Assembly (NCBI RefSeq): GCF_001194135.2
Contig: NC_069005.1
Span: 1,521,112 to 1,568,985 of the forward strand
Reading direction: 5' to 3'
From: Octopus bimaculoides
Taxonomy: Eukaryota
DNA length: 47,874 bases
The notes under the pieces are model-generated. The model saw nothing but the letters and a program-made list of their open reading frames with translations, was not told the DNA's origin and made no database searches. Each line of letters begins with the position of its first letter. The stretch's first letter is position 1. A program made the position numbers and the translations under genes. Positions 34,878 to 47,691 of this stretch are shown here, one piece after another.

Positions 34878-37761
34878 GCACACCTACAAAACATGGAATC
34901 GTTGTCCTCTGTTTACTCTATTTATTTATTATTATATAAGTTCCATGTCCTTTGTACAATACTCGTTAATTATCATTAATATAAAGGTTGTTTTTTGTTT
35001 TTTCAACGGAGAAAACGTGTTTTATTTTCATCGGAAAAGAGAAATTGAAACCGAATTTATTCCTTAGATATTCTTCTAATTGTTTATGACGATGATCACA
35101 GAATGGAGATCCGGACCAAATTCGCTGGAGACTTAATTACATTAAATACATACTATAATCCGTAATTGCTTTATCGTAATATTTATTTTCTCTTTTATAT
35201 TTAACTTTTCGAAGTCTAAAAGCAAAAATGAGATATAAACATTATTTGATTAATAATATTAATAAATAACAATAATCCTTTTTACTATAAGGGCTAGGCT
35301 TGAAATTTAGAGAGGGGGTTGGATGGTCGATTATATCGATCCCAGTGTTTCCTTACGAGAAATGTACATTTCTGTGCATGTGTTTTTGTCAATAGGCATA
35401 TTATATACACACGAACACATATGTGTGTATGTACACACCCACAAACACACGCACGCTAATGGATGTCCTTGTTTGAAATGTGACATCTTCTCGTGACAAT
35501 AATAATAATAATAATAATAACTGGCACGAAACACACTAGACTAGCAATTTAAAGGAGGGCACAAGTTGATTTACACCAGTTAAATGAAGTCTGGAAGCTA
35601 AGATAATTATTGACCCCTGTACATGACTGGTGCTTTACTTTATCAACCCTCGAAGATCGAAAAGCGACGTTGGCCCCAGCGGGAATTAAACCCAGAGCGT
35701 GAAAACCCAGGAGAAAATATTTTCTGATTTAGGCAGGCACAAGGCCATGCAATTTTGAAGAGAGTGTCTTTGTCGATTACACGGGCCAAATACTNNNNNN
35801 NNNNNNNNNNNNNNNNNNNNNNNNNNNNNNNNNNNNNNNNNNNNNNNNNNNNNNNNNNNNNNNNNNNNNNNNNNNNNNNNNNNNNNNNNNNNNNNNNNNN
35901 NNNNNNNNNNNNNNNNNNNNNNNNNNNNNNNNNNNNNNNNNNNNNNNNNNNNNNNNNNNNNNNNNNNNNNNNNNNNNNNNNNNNNNNNNNNNNNNNNNNN
36001 NNNNNNNNNNNNNNNNNNNNNNNNNNNNNNNNNNNNNNNNNNNNNNNNNNNNNNNNNNNNNNNNNNNNNNNNNNNNNNNNNNNNNNNNNNNNNNNNNNNN
36101 NNNNNNNNNNNNNNNNNNNNNNNNNNNNNNNNNNNNNNNNNNNNNNNNNNNNNNNNNNNNNNNNNNNNNNNNNNNNNNNNNNNNNNNNNNNNNNNNNNNN
36201 NNNNNNNNNNNNNNNNNNNNNNNNNNNNNNNNNNNNNNNNNNNNNNNNNNNNNNNNNNNNNNNNNNNNNNNNNNNNNNNNNNNNNNNNNNNNNNNNNNNN
36301 NNNNNNNNNNNNNNNNNNNNNNNNNNNNNNNNNNNNNNNNNNNNNNNNNNNNNNNNNNNNNNNNNNNNNNNNNNNNNNNNNNNNNNNNNNNNNNNNNNNN
36401 NNNNNNNNNNNNNNNNNNNNNNNNNNNNTGGACTAACGCTTCTCTTGGAAAATTCTAACATATCAATTATAGCTCTGAAGTTACTGGAATCATTTGGTTA
36501 GGCTTTTTTTGAAGATAAAACCAAACCCTGGTTACATTTTTATGAGTGTGTATAAATTATGAATTTGTTTGGAAAAGCACATTGGCAAAATTATTATTAT
36601 TATTATTTTTTTTCACATAAGCTTATTCAAAACCTTTATTATCATTTTTAGCCAGACAATCATTTATAGTATTTTTAAAAGATTTATTTCACTTACATAT
36701 TATATTATTAACATTTTACTTCAGTCTCTTACCTACTTACCTGTCTGTCTAACGGAATAGACACACACGTACACGCATATATATTATAAGAGTCACAGGT
36801 AGTAATATTGACACCGCATAGTGTCATAATAATAATAATTACTATAGTTCAATATATACACAGAAAATGCATACACATACATTTATTGTGTGTGTGTGTG
36901 CCGATTTATTGTAAATCGACAAAATACAGCTTCGCATATTTATGCTACTGTTTTGAACTGTATAGATGTGTGTCGTGTTAAAGGGGAAAGAGAGAGAGGG
37001 GGGTAGATCGATGGCAACACGAACAGTAAAGTAAAAAGAAAATAATCAAAACATGTTATCGATAGGAATGAGTAGTGTTATTGTAATACTTTCATATTGA
37101 GTCATTTAATGGAGTTTATTCACCCCCACCCCTTCTCTCTCTCTTTCATTTCGCTCACCTGTTTGTTTCAAATTTATTATCTGACAGGTATGTAAATAGA
37201 TAATAAATATATCTACATTCGTTTTGTCATCCGCATGTGATCAAACAATGACATGACAGCGGTTAATGTTTCATTTTCAACTGTTGCAGCGGAAACGGTA
37301 CGAATTTTTTTTTATACACGGGGAATCCCCCCTTAAACCATACTTATGCATAATACAAGGAAAGACTGGCCATTTTAGCCTATTGTTTGAGTTAACCGAT
37401 GCTAAAGGTTGATATGGATCACGTACAATGTGCGTGTGGATAATAGTTTGACTCAGCTTCGAACCCGTCATAAAATATCGAGAGATGGGTTCGTCCTAGG
37501 CGCCCACGAAACTTTGTCACATGGGGGCTGAGTCAAACTGTTATGTATATATTATGTATAGGGCGCATAGCGCAGTGGTTTGGATGCTGTACCATTTCCA
37601 GGCAACGTCGATTTTGTGGAGAAAGCGAGATAATGTACAGCACATTCGTTTGATCACAGTAAACGAATCATTTGTGTGGCAGGTCGTTTCGACAAAAGTT
37701 GAACACTCAGACGTCAATCTTCAACAAGAGAGCCCATCATATATATATATATATATATACT

Positions 37762-37884
37762 CTTTTTATTAAAGCTGCGAAATTATCAGAGAACTGTTAG
37801 TCGGTTTCACGTCCCGTTGGTCGGATGGGACTTGAAAAACTCTGAGTAACAGTTCTGCGATAATTTTACAGCTTTAATAAAAAG
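37762..37884. other. About 120-bp imperfect palindrome (foldback/MITE-like)
   Basis: Outer 16 bp CTTTTTATTAAAGCTG / CAGCTTTAATAAAAAG perfectly inverted; inner AGAACTGTTA/TAACAGTTCT and GTCCC/GGGAC also pair. Confidence 0.8.
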
Positions 37885-38511
37885 TAGGTCACTCTACCTT
37901 TGGTATCAAGTACTATTTTTTCAACTTGTTTTGGACTTATGTACTCACCTGTGTGTGTGTATGTATATAAATATATATATATATGATAGCTTCTCATATA
38001 ACACACACACATTATTACTCTGGACGTGATAAATTAATAAAATTACAGAAAATAATGTAAACGCCATAAAACTTTATAAAACAAATATAACATCGTAATT
38101 CACTCATTCCTCCTCCTCACCTCCCACCCAGCTCGCATGTTCGAATCTTTTTCCCGTATATCTTTCCATCTGCTGCATTCTTGGCTCATCTCTTCAATAT
38201 CCCGAGACGACCATTTGTTACCACTTCTACCCATGTCTTCCTTGGCCTTCGTCCCTTTTCTGCTGCTGTTGCTTTTCCCATTTCTAAACCTTCATACTCA
38301 TGTCTATACCAACACATTACCAAATGGCAGTTCCTGAAAACTGTTGCTCTTATAAACTCCTGTTACAGCTGGGAGAACAGTTTTTCTGTACAAACCCTAA
38401 TAATGTTTAATTATAAAAATATAATAGGATTCTCAAAACATTGAATGTCTTTGAGGGTCCAATAAAATAGGTACCAAAGGGGGTTTATGGGTTAAAAAAA
38501 TGATTGAGAAC

Positions 38512-39026
38512 CAGGGCTGTGGAGTCAAAACAAAGAATTTTGACTCTGACTCCTCTACTGTTGGGCACCTCCAACTCCGACTCCTCTTTATGTAATCAAG
38601 TGATAGTGTTGGTCTACATATCTCATAAAGTATATGCATATGCTTGTACTATGAGTAGGCCTATGGGTTATAACTAATGGAGGCGCAATGGCCCAGTGGT
38701 TAGGGCAGCAGACTCGCGGTCGGAGGATCAGTTTCGATTCCCAGGCCGGGCGTTGTGTGTGTTTATTGAGCGAAACACCTAAAGCTTCATGAGACTCTTT
38801 CGCCCCAACTTTCTCTCACTCTTTCTTCTTGTTTCTTGAGTAACGCTGCAATGGACTGGCGTCCCGTCCAGCTGGGGGGAACACATACACCATCGAAACT
38901 GGGCCAATGAGCCTGGCTAGGCTTTGAAAGGGCGACATTGATCGTTTTTTATGTTATAACTGGTTTAATAAAGATATTGTGAGTCGGAGTCGGTAAAACT
39001 ATACCAACTCTGACTCCATGGCCCTG
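38512..39026. mobile_element. hAT-type MITE with 8-bp target-site duplication, carrying a nested SINE
   Basis: TIRs CAGGGCTGTGGAGTC / GACTCCATGGCCCTG (13/15 match); perfect flanking TTGAGAAC at 38504-38511 and 39027-39034; internal GGAGTC/GACTCC subterminal repeats. Confidence 0.85.
38679..38934 (+). mobile_element. tRNA-derived SINE nested in the MITE
   Basis: Head with A-box-like TGGCCCAGTGGT and B-box-like GTTTCGATTCC; shares gtgtttattgagcgaaacacctaaagct with the reverse copy at 27930-28236. Confidence 0.75.
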
Positions 39027-41345
39027 TTGAGAACCCCTGCTTTGTCTTCGAACCATTTTCTGTGACATGAGTTTCATATGATGAAAATTCTTGAATCCTT
39101 CAAAACCATATTCTCCCTATATACATTATTAGTGTTTTGTTTTTTTTCTACCAAGCATTTACCATGATGGCATTCTTTGGTTCTTTTGATGGATCTCCTC
39201 TATTGAATATTTTGAGGCTGTAGTGTTTGGTATTAGAGTTCTTTGTCTTTGTGTGACTTTTCTAAGATTGTCCTCTTCCGTCATCTCAAGAACTTTGTCC
39301 AATATCTTTGTTGATATAAGAATCTCTTGCAGGCTACAATCAAACCTTCGCTAAATTGGATCTAACATTGGAGATAACACTGAGTGGTAAGAACACAAAC
39401 CTTATTCTACTGCAACTACTGACCAGCTGGTGACCACCTGAGTGAGCAGGTGTGTTGTCCAGAATTTAGTTGTGTTTTCTTCACTTAATCAGTAGAAAGT
39501 CTGAGGCCATCTTACTGTTATTTATGCACTGCAGCAATGAAATGTGAGAAGAACCCAGTTTTTATGCTCTGCATATAGAACCACAAATTCTTGGAATGGT
39601 AATAAAGCACTAACAACTGATTCTTTATGTCTTTTGAAACACCTGGCTGTGCCGGACTCTCCTCTGTCACTAAATTCAAAACGATGAATGACTGTCTACG
39701 TTCATGCATCATCTTCATTGTTTTAAGGTCCACTTTTCCATGCTCGCATGGGTTGGATGGAATTTGCTGAGGGAGATATCCTATGGCCAGATGCCCTTCC
39801 TGTTGTCGATAAGGTAACATTTCCCCACGGCCAGACATAGTTTTGTAGAATATTAGAAAGGAATGACATGCTTGTGTGACAGTGATGTCAAGACAAGGGG
39901 AGATGTACATTCGTTTTATAAGAGCTTCTCTCAGTTTCCATCTACCAAATCCACTGCAATTTCCAGCAGACTGCCAGTGCCCAACCTACAGCAGAAGCTT
40001 CCGAGCAGGCACCAGCCTGATTGACAATGACCCTTCTTCTGCCATGCAATGTCCTTGGTCATCATCTGCAATGACCGATGAACATTATATTATATAGTAG
40101 AAGACATTTGACCAAACTGCTACACAGTAGGATTGAAACTGAAACCTGTACCTCACTGGGAAGCAAACTTCTCAACCACACAGCAATTCCTGCTGGTAAA
40201 CATTCCTTACTTAATTCACAACCAGGTGTGGAACCCTGTTTCCTCTTCGTTATACACCTGGGAAATTAGGACCTTTTCCCAATTACTTAACCCTTTCCAA
40301 AATAGTTTGATTTCTTCAATAGGTGCACTGCCTGCTTCACCTAATTAAATTAATTTCAGTGCCCTTTTGTTAGCAATTTCTAAATCAACACCACCCACCC
40401 ACCCGTTAACTTCATAATTCTTGAAGGTTATGTCTAGAATAGCTTGGCACCAACACCAATTTCTGCACCATGGTTGTATGTTTGCTGTGTCTCGTTGGAA
40501 TATTATCTGAATTGTGTGTAAAATGGTGAGCCCTTGGATGACTTTTGTTCAATGTTATTTTTCTGTCAAATTCTCTGGTAATTATCTTTTATTTTACACT
40601 TGTTTCAGTGACTGGATTGTGGCCATACTGGGGCACTGCCTTGAAGGGGTTTTAGTCAAGCAAATCAATCTCAGTACTTGTTTTTTTTTTTTTTTTTTTG
40701 TGTGTTTAGAGTCTTGTACATATTCTATCAGTTTCTTTTGCTGACCTGTTAAGGACACTTGCCCCAGGTACCATACAGTGAGACTGAACCCATAACCACA
40801 TGGTTGCAAAATGAGCTTCTTAACCACACAGACAGACATGCCTGTACTGATGGCCACAGTTTTTATCTTCACATTCCATGTCTTGTGTATTTTCATTTTG
40901 AGGTTCTTGAAATTTGATAACTTTTCCATTTCCTTCCAGATATATTTTGGATAGAGGAAGGATGCAAGTGTATTGTTTGTTTTACTGGGGTTGATCTAAT
41001 TGACTGGCTACCCTCTCCCAAAATTTCAGGCCTTGTGCCTACAATAGAAGGGATTATTATTATTGAAGGTGGTGAGCTGGCAGAAACCTTGGCATGCTGG
41101 GTAAAATGTTTAGTGGTGTTTTGTCTGTCTTTATGTCCTGAGTTCAAATTCCACCAAGGTTGAATGTTGCCTTTCATCCTTTCAGGGTTGATAAATTAAG
41201 TACCATTTGAGCACTGGGGTCGATGTAATGAACTTGTCCTCGCAAATTTCAGGCCTTGTGCCTATTGTAAAAAGGATTATTATTATTATTATTATTATTA
41301 TTATGCCTATTGTAGTGATGTCATTGGTTTCTTATATTCTTCCAG

Positions 41346-41539
41346 GAAAACATGAGTGTAACTAAGAAAAACAGCAAGAAGACCTTCCACATTGATGAGT
41401 CTGACTTGCTTTGCAAGAATGGATGCGGTTACTATGGTAACCCAGCCTGGCAAGGGTTCTGTTCAAAGTGTTACCGGGAAGTCTACCAAAAGGCAAAGCA
41501 AGCCCAGGTGCAGCACGATGCTTTACAGAAGGCAAAACG
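41346..41539 (+). CDS. RABGEF1: RABGEF1 first coding exon (ATG 41352): A20-type zinc finger
   Basis: Acceptor ttcttccag| at 41345 just before the ATG implies an upstream non-coding exon; donor CG|gtaaat, phase 2. Confidence 0.93.
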
Positions 41540-42795
41540 GTAAATTATATTTTTTTTTGTTTCACTTGATTATTTTACCCCAAATTTGAAACCTGAACCT
41601 TTATTATTGAATATTTCAGTTCATTTGATTATAGGATGCTGAAGTGGAATTCTTTATTGTTGCAGTAATTTCCGACATATAAATGGATGTAGTAACATTT
41701 CTCCATTTAGTTGAGGAAGCATTTTCTTTTTCGTTTTCCTCCTTTTTCCTGTTTCTCTCTCTTCTTTGTCTTGCAAATTACTTGGCAACTTCATTAGTGC
41801 TGGTGGCATGGAAAAAGATCCCCAGTCCATATTGTGTAGTGGTTGGCATTAGGAAGGGCATTCAGTCATAGAAACCCTGCCAAAGCAGACATTGGATGTC
41901 AATGTGGCCCTTTAGATCGCCCAGATCCTGTCAAACCATCCAACCCATGCCAGCATGGGAAGTGGATGTTAGATGTTGGTGATGTAGTGTAAACACATTC
42001 AAACATTGTTACTATCTTTTCGATACTTGCTGCGTTTCACATGGAATTTTTTGTCCCTCGAAGTTGTCTTGGTGTAGAAGTCAACCTATGTTTTTCAGTG
42101 GTAAATTTTGCTCTGAAAAATTCAACTTACATACCTGAAAATCTGGTAATAAACATATGCATAGATGACATGTCGAAGGAGAGTCCTTCATTGTTTGGTA
42201 AGACAAGCACCAAATCATTACATTTCTGACAACTACCAGTAATGTTTGTTAATCTACAGCAATGTAATTTATTTATATAGAACACTACGAAACAACATCT
42301 GCAGTTGTTGGTCTCTACACAATTGAGAGAAGTGGTGCTTGATCAAATAACGGATTTATCAAACTGAAGTCACGACAGAAAGAAATATGCTGCTCTTCTA
42401 CTACAAGCAATAAGCTTTCTCTGTCTCTCCCTCTTCTCTCTCCTCTCTGTCTCTCTCTCTCTCTCTCCTCTCTGTCTGTCTCTTTTAGCCCTGGCACTCC
42501 TTTATCCGTCTGCTGCTGCTGCTGTTCATTTAGCCACAGAAGCAAGTACTTCACGAGTGGCTTATCACCATTATTCAAATTGTTACTCTGTTTTATTCGA
42601 CCTGTTTCAAGTCCCACCCAGAGACCTCAAGTAACAACAAGTTGGAGATTTTACTGTGGCTGTTAATCTCAGATTAGCAATGACATATTGTAGACCAGAT
42701 TCTGAGAACTAAAATTCTGTTAAATTTGTAATATTTCAATTTTGAAATATTACAAAAGAAAAACAATCAGATTCACAGTGTTTTCTTTGGGTGTA

Positions 42796-42847
<52 letters not shown>

Positions 42848-45800
42848 CATCATCATTATTATTATTATCATTATTATTATTATTATTATTGCAATCATTA
42901 TCATTCATTATTATTGTTGCTGCTGCTGTTGTCTACTTTGGCAATGAGCTTTTCCTACTAACTTGTCTGAAACCATGTTTAAAGTGGTCTCACTTTAAAA
43001 GTTTCCATTAAACTTTCATGCTGGTCTATGTTTCAAGCACCATTTAATAATGGTAAAGTGGTTTTATCACATTCTNNNNNNNNNNNNNNNNNNNNNNNNN
43101 NNNNNNNNNNNNNNNNNNNNNNNNNNNNNNNNNNNNNNNNNNNNNNNNNNNNNNNNNNNNNNNNNNNNNNNNNNNNNNNNNNNNNNNNNNNNNNNNNNNN
43201 NNNNNNNNNNNNNNNNNNNNNNNNNNNNNNNNNNNNNNNNNNNNNNNNNNNNNNNNNNNNNNNNNNNNNNNNNNNNNNNNNNNNNNNNNNNNNNNNNNNN
43301 NNNNNNNNNNNNNNNNNNNNNNNNNNNNNNNNNNNNNNNNNNNNNNNNNNNNNNNNNNNNNNNNNNNNNNNNNNNNNNNNNGACACCTTGGGCAAGTGTT
43401 TTACGCTAAAGCCTCAGATCAACAAAAGCCCTCTGAGTGGCTTTGATATGTAGAAACTGAAAGAAGCCTGTTGTGTGTGTGTGTGGCTCCTTGCCTTGAC
43501 ATCACATGTTGTTATACAAGCTGTGTTCTTCGTTTCCAATGTTCCATACAAACATGTCTAGCCACAGAGAAATATTACCTTACTAGGAAACAGGTGAGGA
43601 TTAGCAACAGTGAAAAACCCCTCTCATCAAATTCTGTCTGACCCATCCCAGCCTAAAAAAAGTTGACATTGAAACAATGATGAAGAAATATTTAAAACTT
43701 TTTTTTTTTGTTCTTTTCTACAGAATTTTGATTTCTATGTTTTTGTTATTTATTTCAGACTGGCTGGACTTGGTGACTCCCCTCCATCTTTCTCGAAGTT
43801 TGAAGAGAAAAAAACCCAACAGACAAACAAAAGAAGTCATACAGTGAAATCCATCTTCAAACGACCCTTACAGAAAGGTTTGTTACTATTATTTTGAGCT
43901 TGTAATTTTGGCTTTTGTGTTGGAGAAAACTTGCTGCCCACCTGTCCAAGAGTGGCACAACAGACATTACTGGTCCTTTAGTATTCAGATTATTCTGTTA
44001 AATGTAATACAAATGTAAATCAATCGACATTGATTTGAATTAATCATGAATTATCTTGTAAGTTTGAGATTTCAATGATATTTCAATGAGATTTCAATGA
44101 GATTTCAATGATTGCTGAAGTTTTGAATGGCATTGTTAGGTATAGGGACAGGCATTGTAATCTCAGCCACTTAGATGTCATGTTAACCAGATTAAGTTCA
44201 AGCCTTATCAATACTAGGGCTCATGGAAGACCTGAGTATGGGGTTTGGTGCCCATGGCCTTCAAAGGCTCTCTGGTTCTGATGAAATCAAAGTGAATAAT
44301 AAGCCAGTCAATGATCATGGACAGAGAAGGAATTACAGAGGGCTTCTAGTAACAATCATTGCTGTTGTCTCACTTATAAATGCTAAATCATTTTTTTTTC
44401 ATTCTTCCAGAATCTTCTCCGGATCAATTGGCCACCCGAAAGAAAGAGGTGCGACGTGCTAGCCTGGAGAGTCAGCAGGTTGGTGGTGAATTTGCTGAAT
44501 TCCTTCAAACCTTAAAGAAGCCAGTTGCACTCGATGTTTCCAAACGAGTGCGAAACTTGAATGAACGGATCCATAACCTCACTGACTATTCCATTGAGGA
44601 ACTGTCTGAAATGGTGCAAGATTTCTACCAGAGCATGTCTGATCAATTCCATGGAACTCCGCTTTATAGCAGTAAGTTTGAACAGTTTCATGGTTTTTTT
44701 CCATACGTGGTTTCATGCCAAACATATTCCTAATGGAAAAAAGGGGTGTACATTTTATGAAGAAAAGTCCAGGGTCTTTTTCTTGTTGTAAGTTGAAGAC
44801 TGTAGGAAAAAATGTGGACAGGATGGAATTCCAGAGAATTAATATTCTGGAATGGAAAGACTTGAATTTATGTTTAGTGCAGGGGTCTAGGGGTAGTGGT
44901 GGACAGAACATGGGGTGATGAGGGAACTTAAAATGGAGTGAGGAATGCTTGAGTGGAGGTAGAGACTGGCCAGTTCCAAAGATCAGTGGTCAATGTAGTA
45001 ACAGTAGAAAAGGCTGAGTGAGGAGACACAGCATTTGTGTGGGGATTGCTAGGGGTGAGAGCATGTGGGTGAAGGACTTCATGCCAATCAATTGGATAAC
45101 CGTTTACTGGATGTATAGCAGCAGCAGCAGCAGTCCTGAAATATGAGAGTGGCTTTTTGAACTTTGGTACAAGATGTATCATTTGTTGGTGTGGGGCATG
45201 GTTGGGGTAATTTTTGTAATGAAGTCTTTGCTATGGTAAAGAGGAATGATTGTCTATGAAGCAGAGGCATCTAGCATTTACAGACTTTGAAGTATCAAAT
45301 TGGGAGTTTTTCATGTTTAGGGTGGATTCTGTATAATAAGATTTTTCTTTGATATTTATAGCTTTGTATTGTTGAAGGTAAAAAGATTATATGACCCCAA
45401 TTAGGGGCTGGTTTTAGGGTCTCTATTCATGGAGTCAGTGAGGGTTTCATATGAGATGTCCAAGTTGTGTGTATGCTTCAGTGGTTCTCAACCATTTCTT
45501 GCCAATGGAAACCCTTTGGATTCTTATTTTACTTGAATGGACTCTAACCCTAGCCATTCAATGTTTTAAAAATCCTATTTTTAATATTGACTGTTATTAG
45601 GAATTGTGTAAAAAAAATTAAAAAATAGAAGTGCAAGCAATTTTATGCCCCTAAATTTTAATGGAGTTCTCGTATGGATCCTCAAGAGTCATATGAACCT
45701 TGGTTGAGAACACCCTGGGGTAGATGACAGTCGAGTGCAAAAGGTAAAGGAAGAATAAAAGATGGTATCATGTTTCGGAGTGTGTGTGTTGATAAATAAG

Positions 45801-47364
45801 CCAATGTATAGGATGTGTGTGTGTGGTGGGGTGCAGAACCAATCTTTGAGGGTTGGTTTTGTTTCTTCTTTACACAGACACACACTTCCTCTCCTATACA
45901 TTGAGTGTACAGGTGGAAGTGGAGAGTATCTAGACTAAAGAATACTCCATCAGCACAAGATGCAATGATGCCAATATTGAGAGGTGGAAGGAATTCATAG
46001 AATTAATCTCATCTTTTTGTCTCAGTATGACTGGAAATTATGGGCCAGTGGAACCAGAAACGGTCCCTGTAACCTGGTTGACTTATTAATCCAGCTCCCA
46101 GTTTTTCTACTCGTCTGTTTTCTATCCTAACCTCTACTCATACTCAACAGGTTGCACTCCAGAAACAACAGAACAGCTTATGGATTATATAGAAAAATTC
46201 ATCATGACAACTCTGTACCGGTTGGTTTTCTGTTCTCCACACACCAATGATGAGGAGAAAGACTTGACCATCCAGGCTCGTATTCGAAGTTTCCATTGGG
46301 TCAATCCACAGATGCTGGACATGTCTATTGCTGAGCACGAATCTGCAGTTCGACAACTGGTGGACCAGGCAATTACAGGTAAATTGATAGAAATGGTAAA
46401 GCATCAGACTAAATGCTTTAATGAATTCGTTAACAGTTTCACATCATCCTTGATCGGGTTAACCATTGATAAGAAACAATCCATCCATAAACATCTATTT
46501 TTGTTTGAGAATAGTTTAGCTGCTATTTCTAGCAGGTTAAATCCCTGCATAACTCTCTCTCTTTCATCATTTCAACATCCCCCCTTTTCTGTGAACAGCT
46601 GAAATATGTTGAGGCAGATTTTCTATGGCTGGATGCCTTTCCTGTCACCAAACCTCACCTTTTTCAAAGCAAGATAATGTTTCCATGTGGCTGAACAAGT
46701 TTCAATGGAAAATTGTAAACAAAGAACACAGCTTGTATGACGGGGATGCTTGTTTACAACTATCAGAAGGACACACACGTGCGTGGGTATATATACACAC
46801 ATATGCAATGAGATTCTTTCAGTTTCTGTTTGCCAAATCCTCTCACGAGGATTTGGTTATCACAGGGCTATAATAGAAGACACTTGCCCAAGGTGCCATG
46901 CCATGGGACTGAACCCAGAACCAAGTGGTTTTGAAGCAAACTACTTGACCACACAGCCACATTTGCAAGAATAATCTCAGGATTATTCTTGCACTTTTTA
47001 AATCACGTTTTTATATAACGAGTAATCTAAGAGCTAATTAGCTATTTCTGATTATATTTTATCAATGATGCTAATTTAATTGAACAAATAATTTGCTGAT
47101 ATTGCAGATATTATTGAAATGAATTCGAAACGTGCACCGCAAGACAAATTAGCATGTTTGGTAAAATGCAGCAAACATATATTCGAAGTGTTACGTGCAT
47201 CGAAAGACAGTCCAGCCAGCGCCGATGAATTCTTGCCTGCTCTAATTTACATTGTCTTAAAGGCTAACCCTCCTTTACTCCAGTCGAACATCCAGTACAT
47301 CACCCGGTTCTCCAATCCCAGCCGCCTTATGAGTGGTGAGGCTGGCTATTATTTCACCAACCTT
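41352..47364 (+). CDS. RABGEF1: Rab5 GDP/GTP exchange factor Rabex-5, spliced and 3'-partial: join(41352-41539, 43759-43877, 44411-44671, 46151-46378, 47108-47364, continues beyond window)
   Basis: A20 zinc finger [30 protein letters not shown] segment, helical bundle, VPS9 domain with SADEFLP and [10 protein letters not shown]; five exons join in frame via GT-AG. Confidence 0.96.
42797..42915. repeat. (ATT)n/(ATC)n trinucleotide microsatellite
   Basis: Seen directly; source of the poly-Leu spurious ORF 42742-43011. Confidence 0.95.
43759..43877 (+). CDS. RABGEF1: RABGEF1 coding exon 2: [39 protein letters not shown]
   Basis: Acceptor tatttcag|A, donor G|gtttgt; FSKFEEKK motif; absent from the ORF track (no ATG). 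Confidence 0.9.
44411..44671 (+). CDS. RABGEF1: RABGEF1 coding exon 3 (helical bundle): [22 protein letters not shown]...[23 protein letters not shown]
   Basis: Acceptor attcttccag|, donor A|gtaagt; inside track ORF 44380-44733. Confidence 0.92.
45479..45717. mobile_element. Short MITE, probably hAT-like
   Basis: Ends CAGTGGTTCTCAACC / GGTTGAGAACACCCTG are near-inverted; body matches the reverse complement of 38378-38511; no intact TSD seen. Confidence 0.6.
46151..46378 (+). CDS. RABGEF1: RABGEF1 coding exon 4: [27 protein letters not shown]...[12 protein letters not shown]...VDQAIT
   Basis: Acceptor tactcaacag|, donor G|gtaaat; IEKxIMTxLY and IRxxHWV motifs. Confidence 0.94.
47108..47364 (+). 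CDS. RABGEF1: RABGEF1 coding exon 5 (VPS9 core): [25 protein letters not shown]...[19 protein letters not shown]...[10 protein letters not shown]
   Basis: Acceptor attgcag|, donor CTT|gtaagt; catalytic Asp/Pro and Tyr/Thr VPS9 motifs present. Confidence 0.96.
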
Positions 47365-47691
47365 GTAAGTATCTGGCTTTCACGTCGCAACTGTTTTCAA
47401 CTGTTTAGCATTCAGATTACTTCTGTCAGATGTGGTGGCTTCTTGATTCATAGTTTTGAATCAATCGAGCATTGTCTTGTAGCTTTGAGACTTCAATGAT
47501 ATGATTGTTTATTTTTAGAATGACGCTGAAGAATGATAGGTGTCAGAGGCCAGACCTTGCCTACTTTAACATAAAACAGAATATTGGGGCCAGATATGGC
47601 CACTTTAAATGCTAAAGGGTTAACAATTAATCTGTGTTTGCTTTAATAATTCTCTGTAATTAGGTCTGTCTCTCTCTTTCATATATATGTA

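Larger units (their letters stand above)
7000..43381. other. Assembly gaps (N runs): 7000-7297, 9679-10134, 24976-25300, 26166-26974, 28237-28691, 32351-32360, 35795-36428, 43076-43381
   Basis: Seen directly; the coordinates span all gaps and do not mark one continuous feature. Confidence 0.99.

Noticed and set aside
34966-35124. Open minus-strand frame after a possible acceptor (RIWSGSPFCDHRHKQLEEYLRNKFG..., 52 aa)
   Set aside because: No recognisable family, no partner exons, and a length compatible with chance; needs RNA evidence.
37561-37640. tRNA-like start GGGCGCATAGCGCAGTGGTT
   Set aside because: No matching D-stem, anticodon arm, T-loop/B-box or acceptor 3' strand.
38679-38755. tRNA gene candidate
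   Set aside because: A/B boxes are present but there is no full cloverleaf, and it continues into a repeat body found elsewhere, so it is a SINE head.
42742-43011. Poly-Leu signal-peptide or TM-like ORF
   Set aside because: Translation of an (ATT)n/(ATC)n microsatellite inside a RABGEF1 intron.
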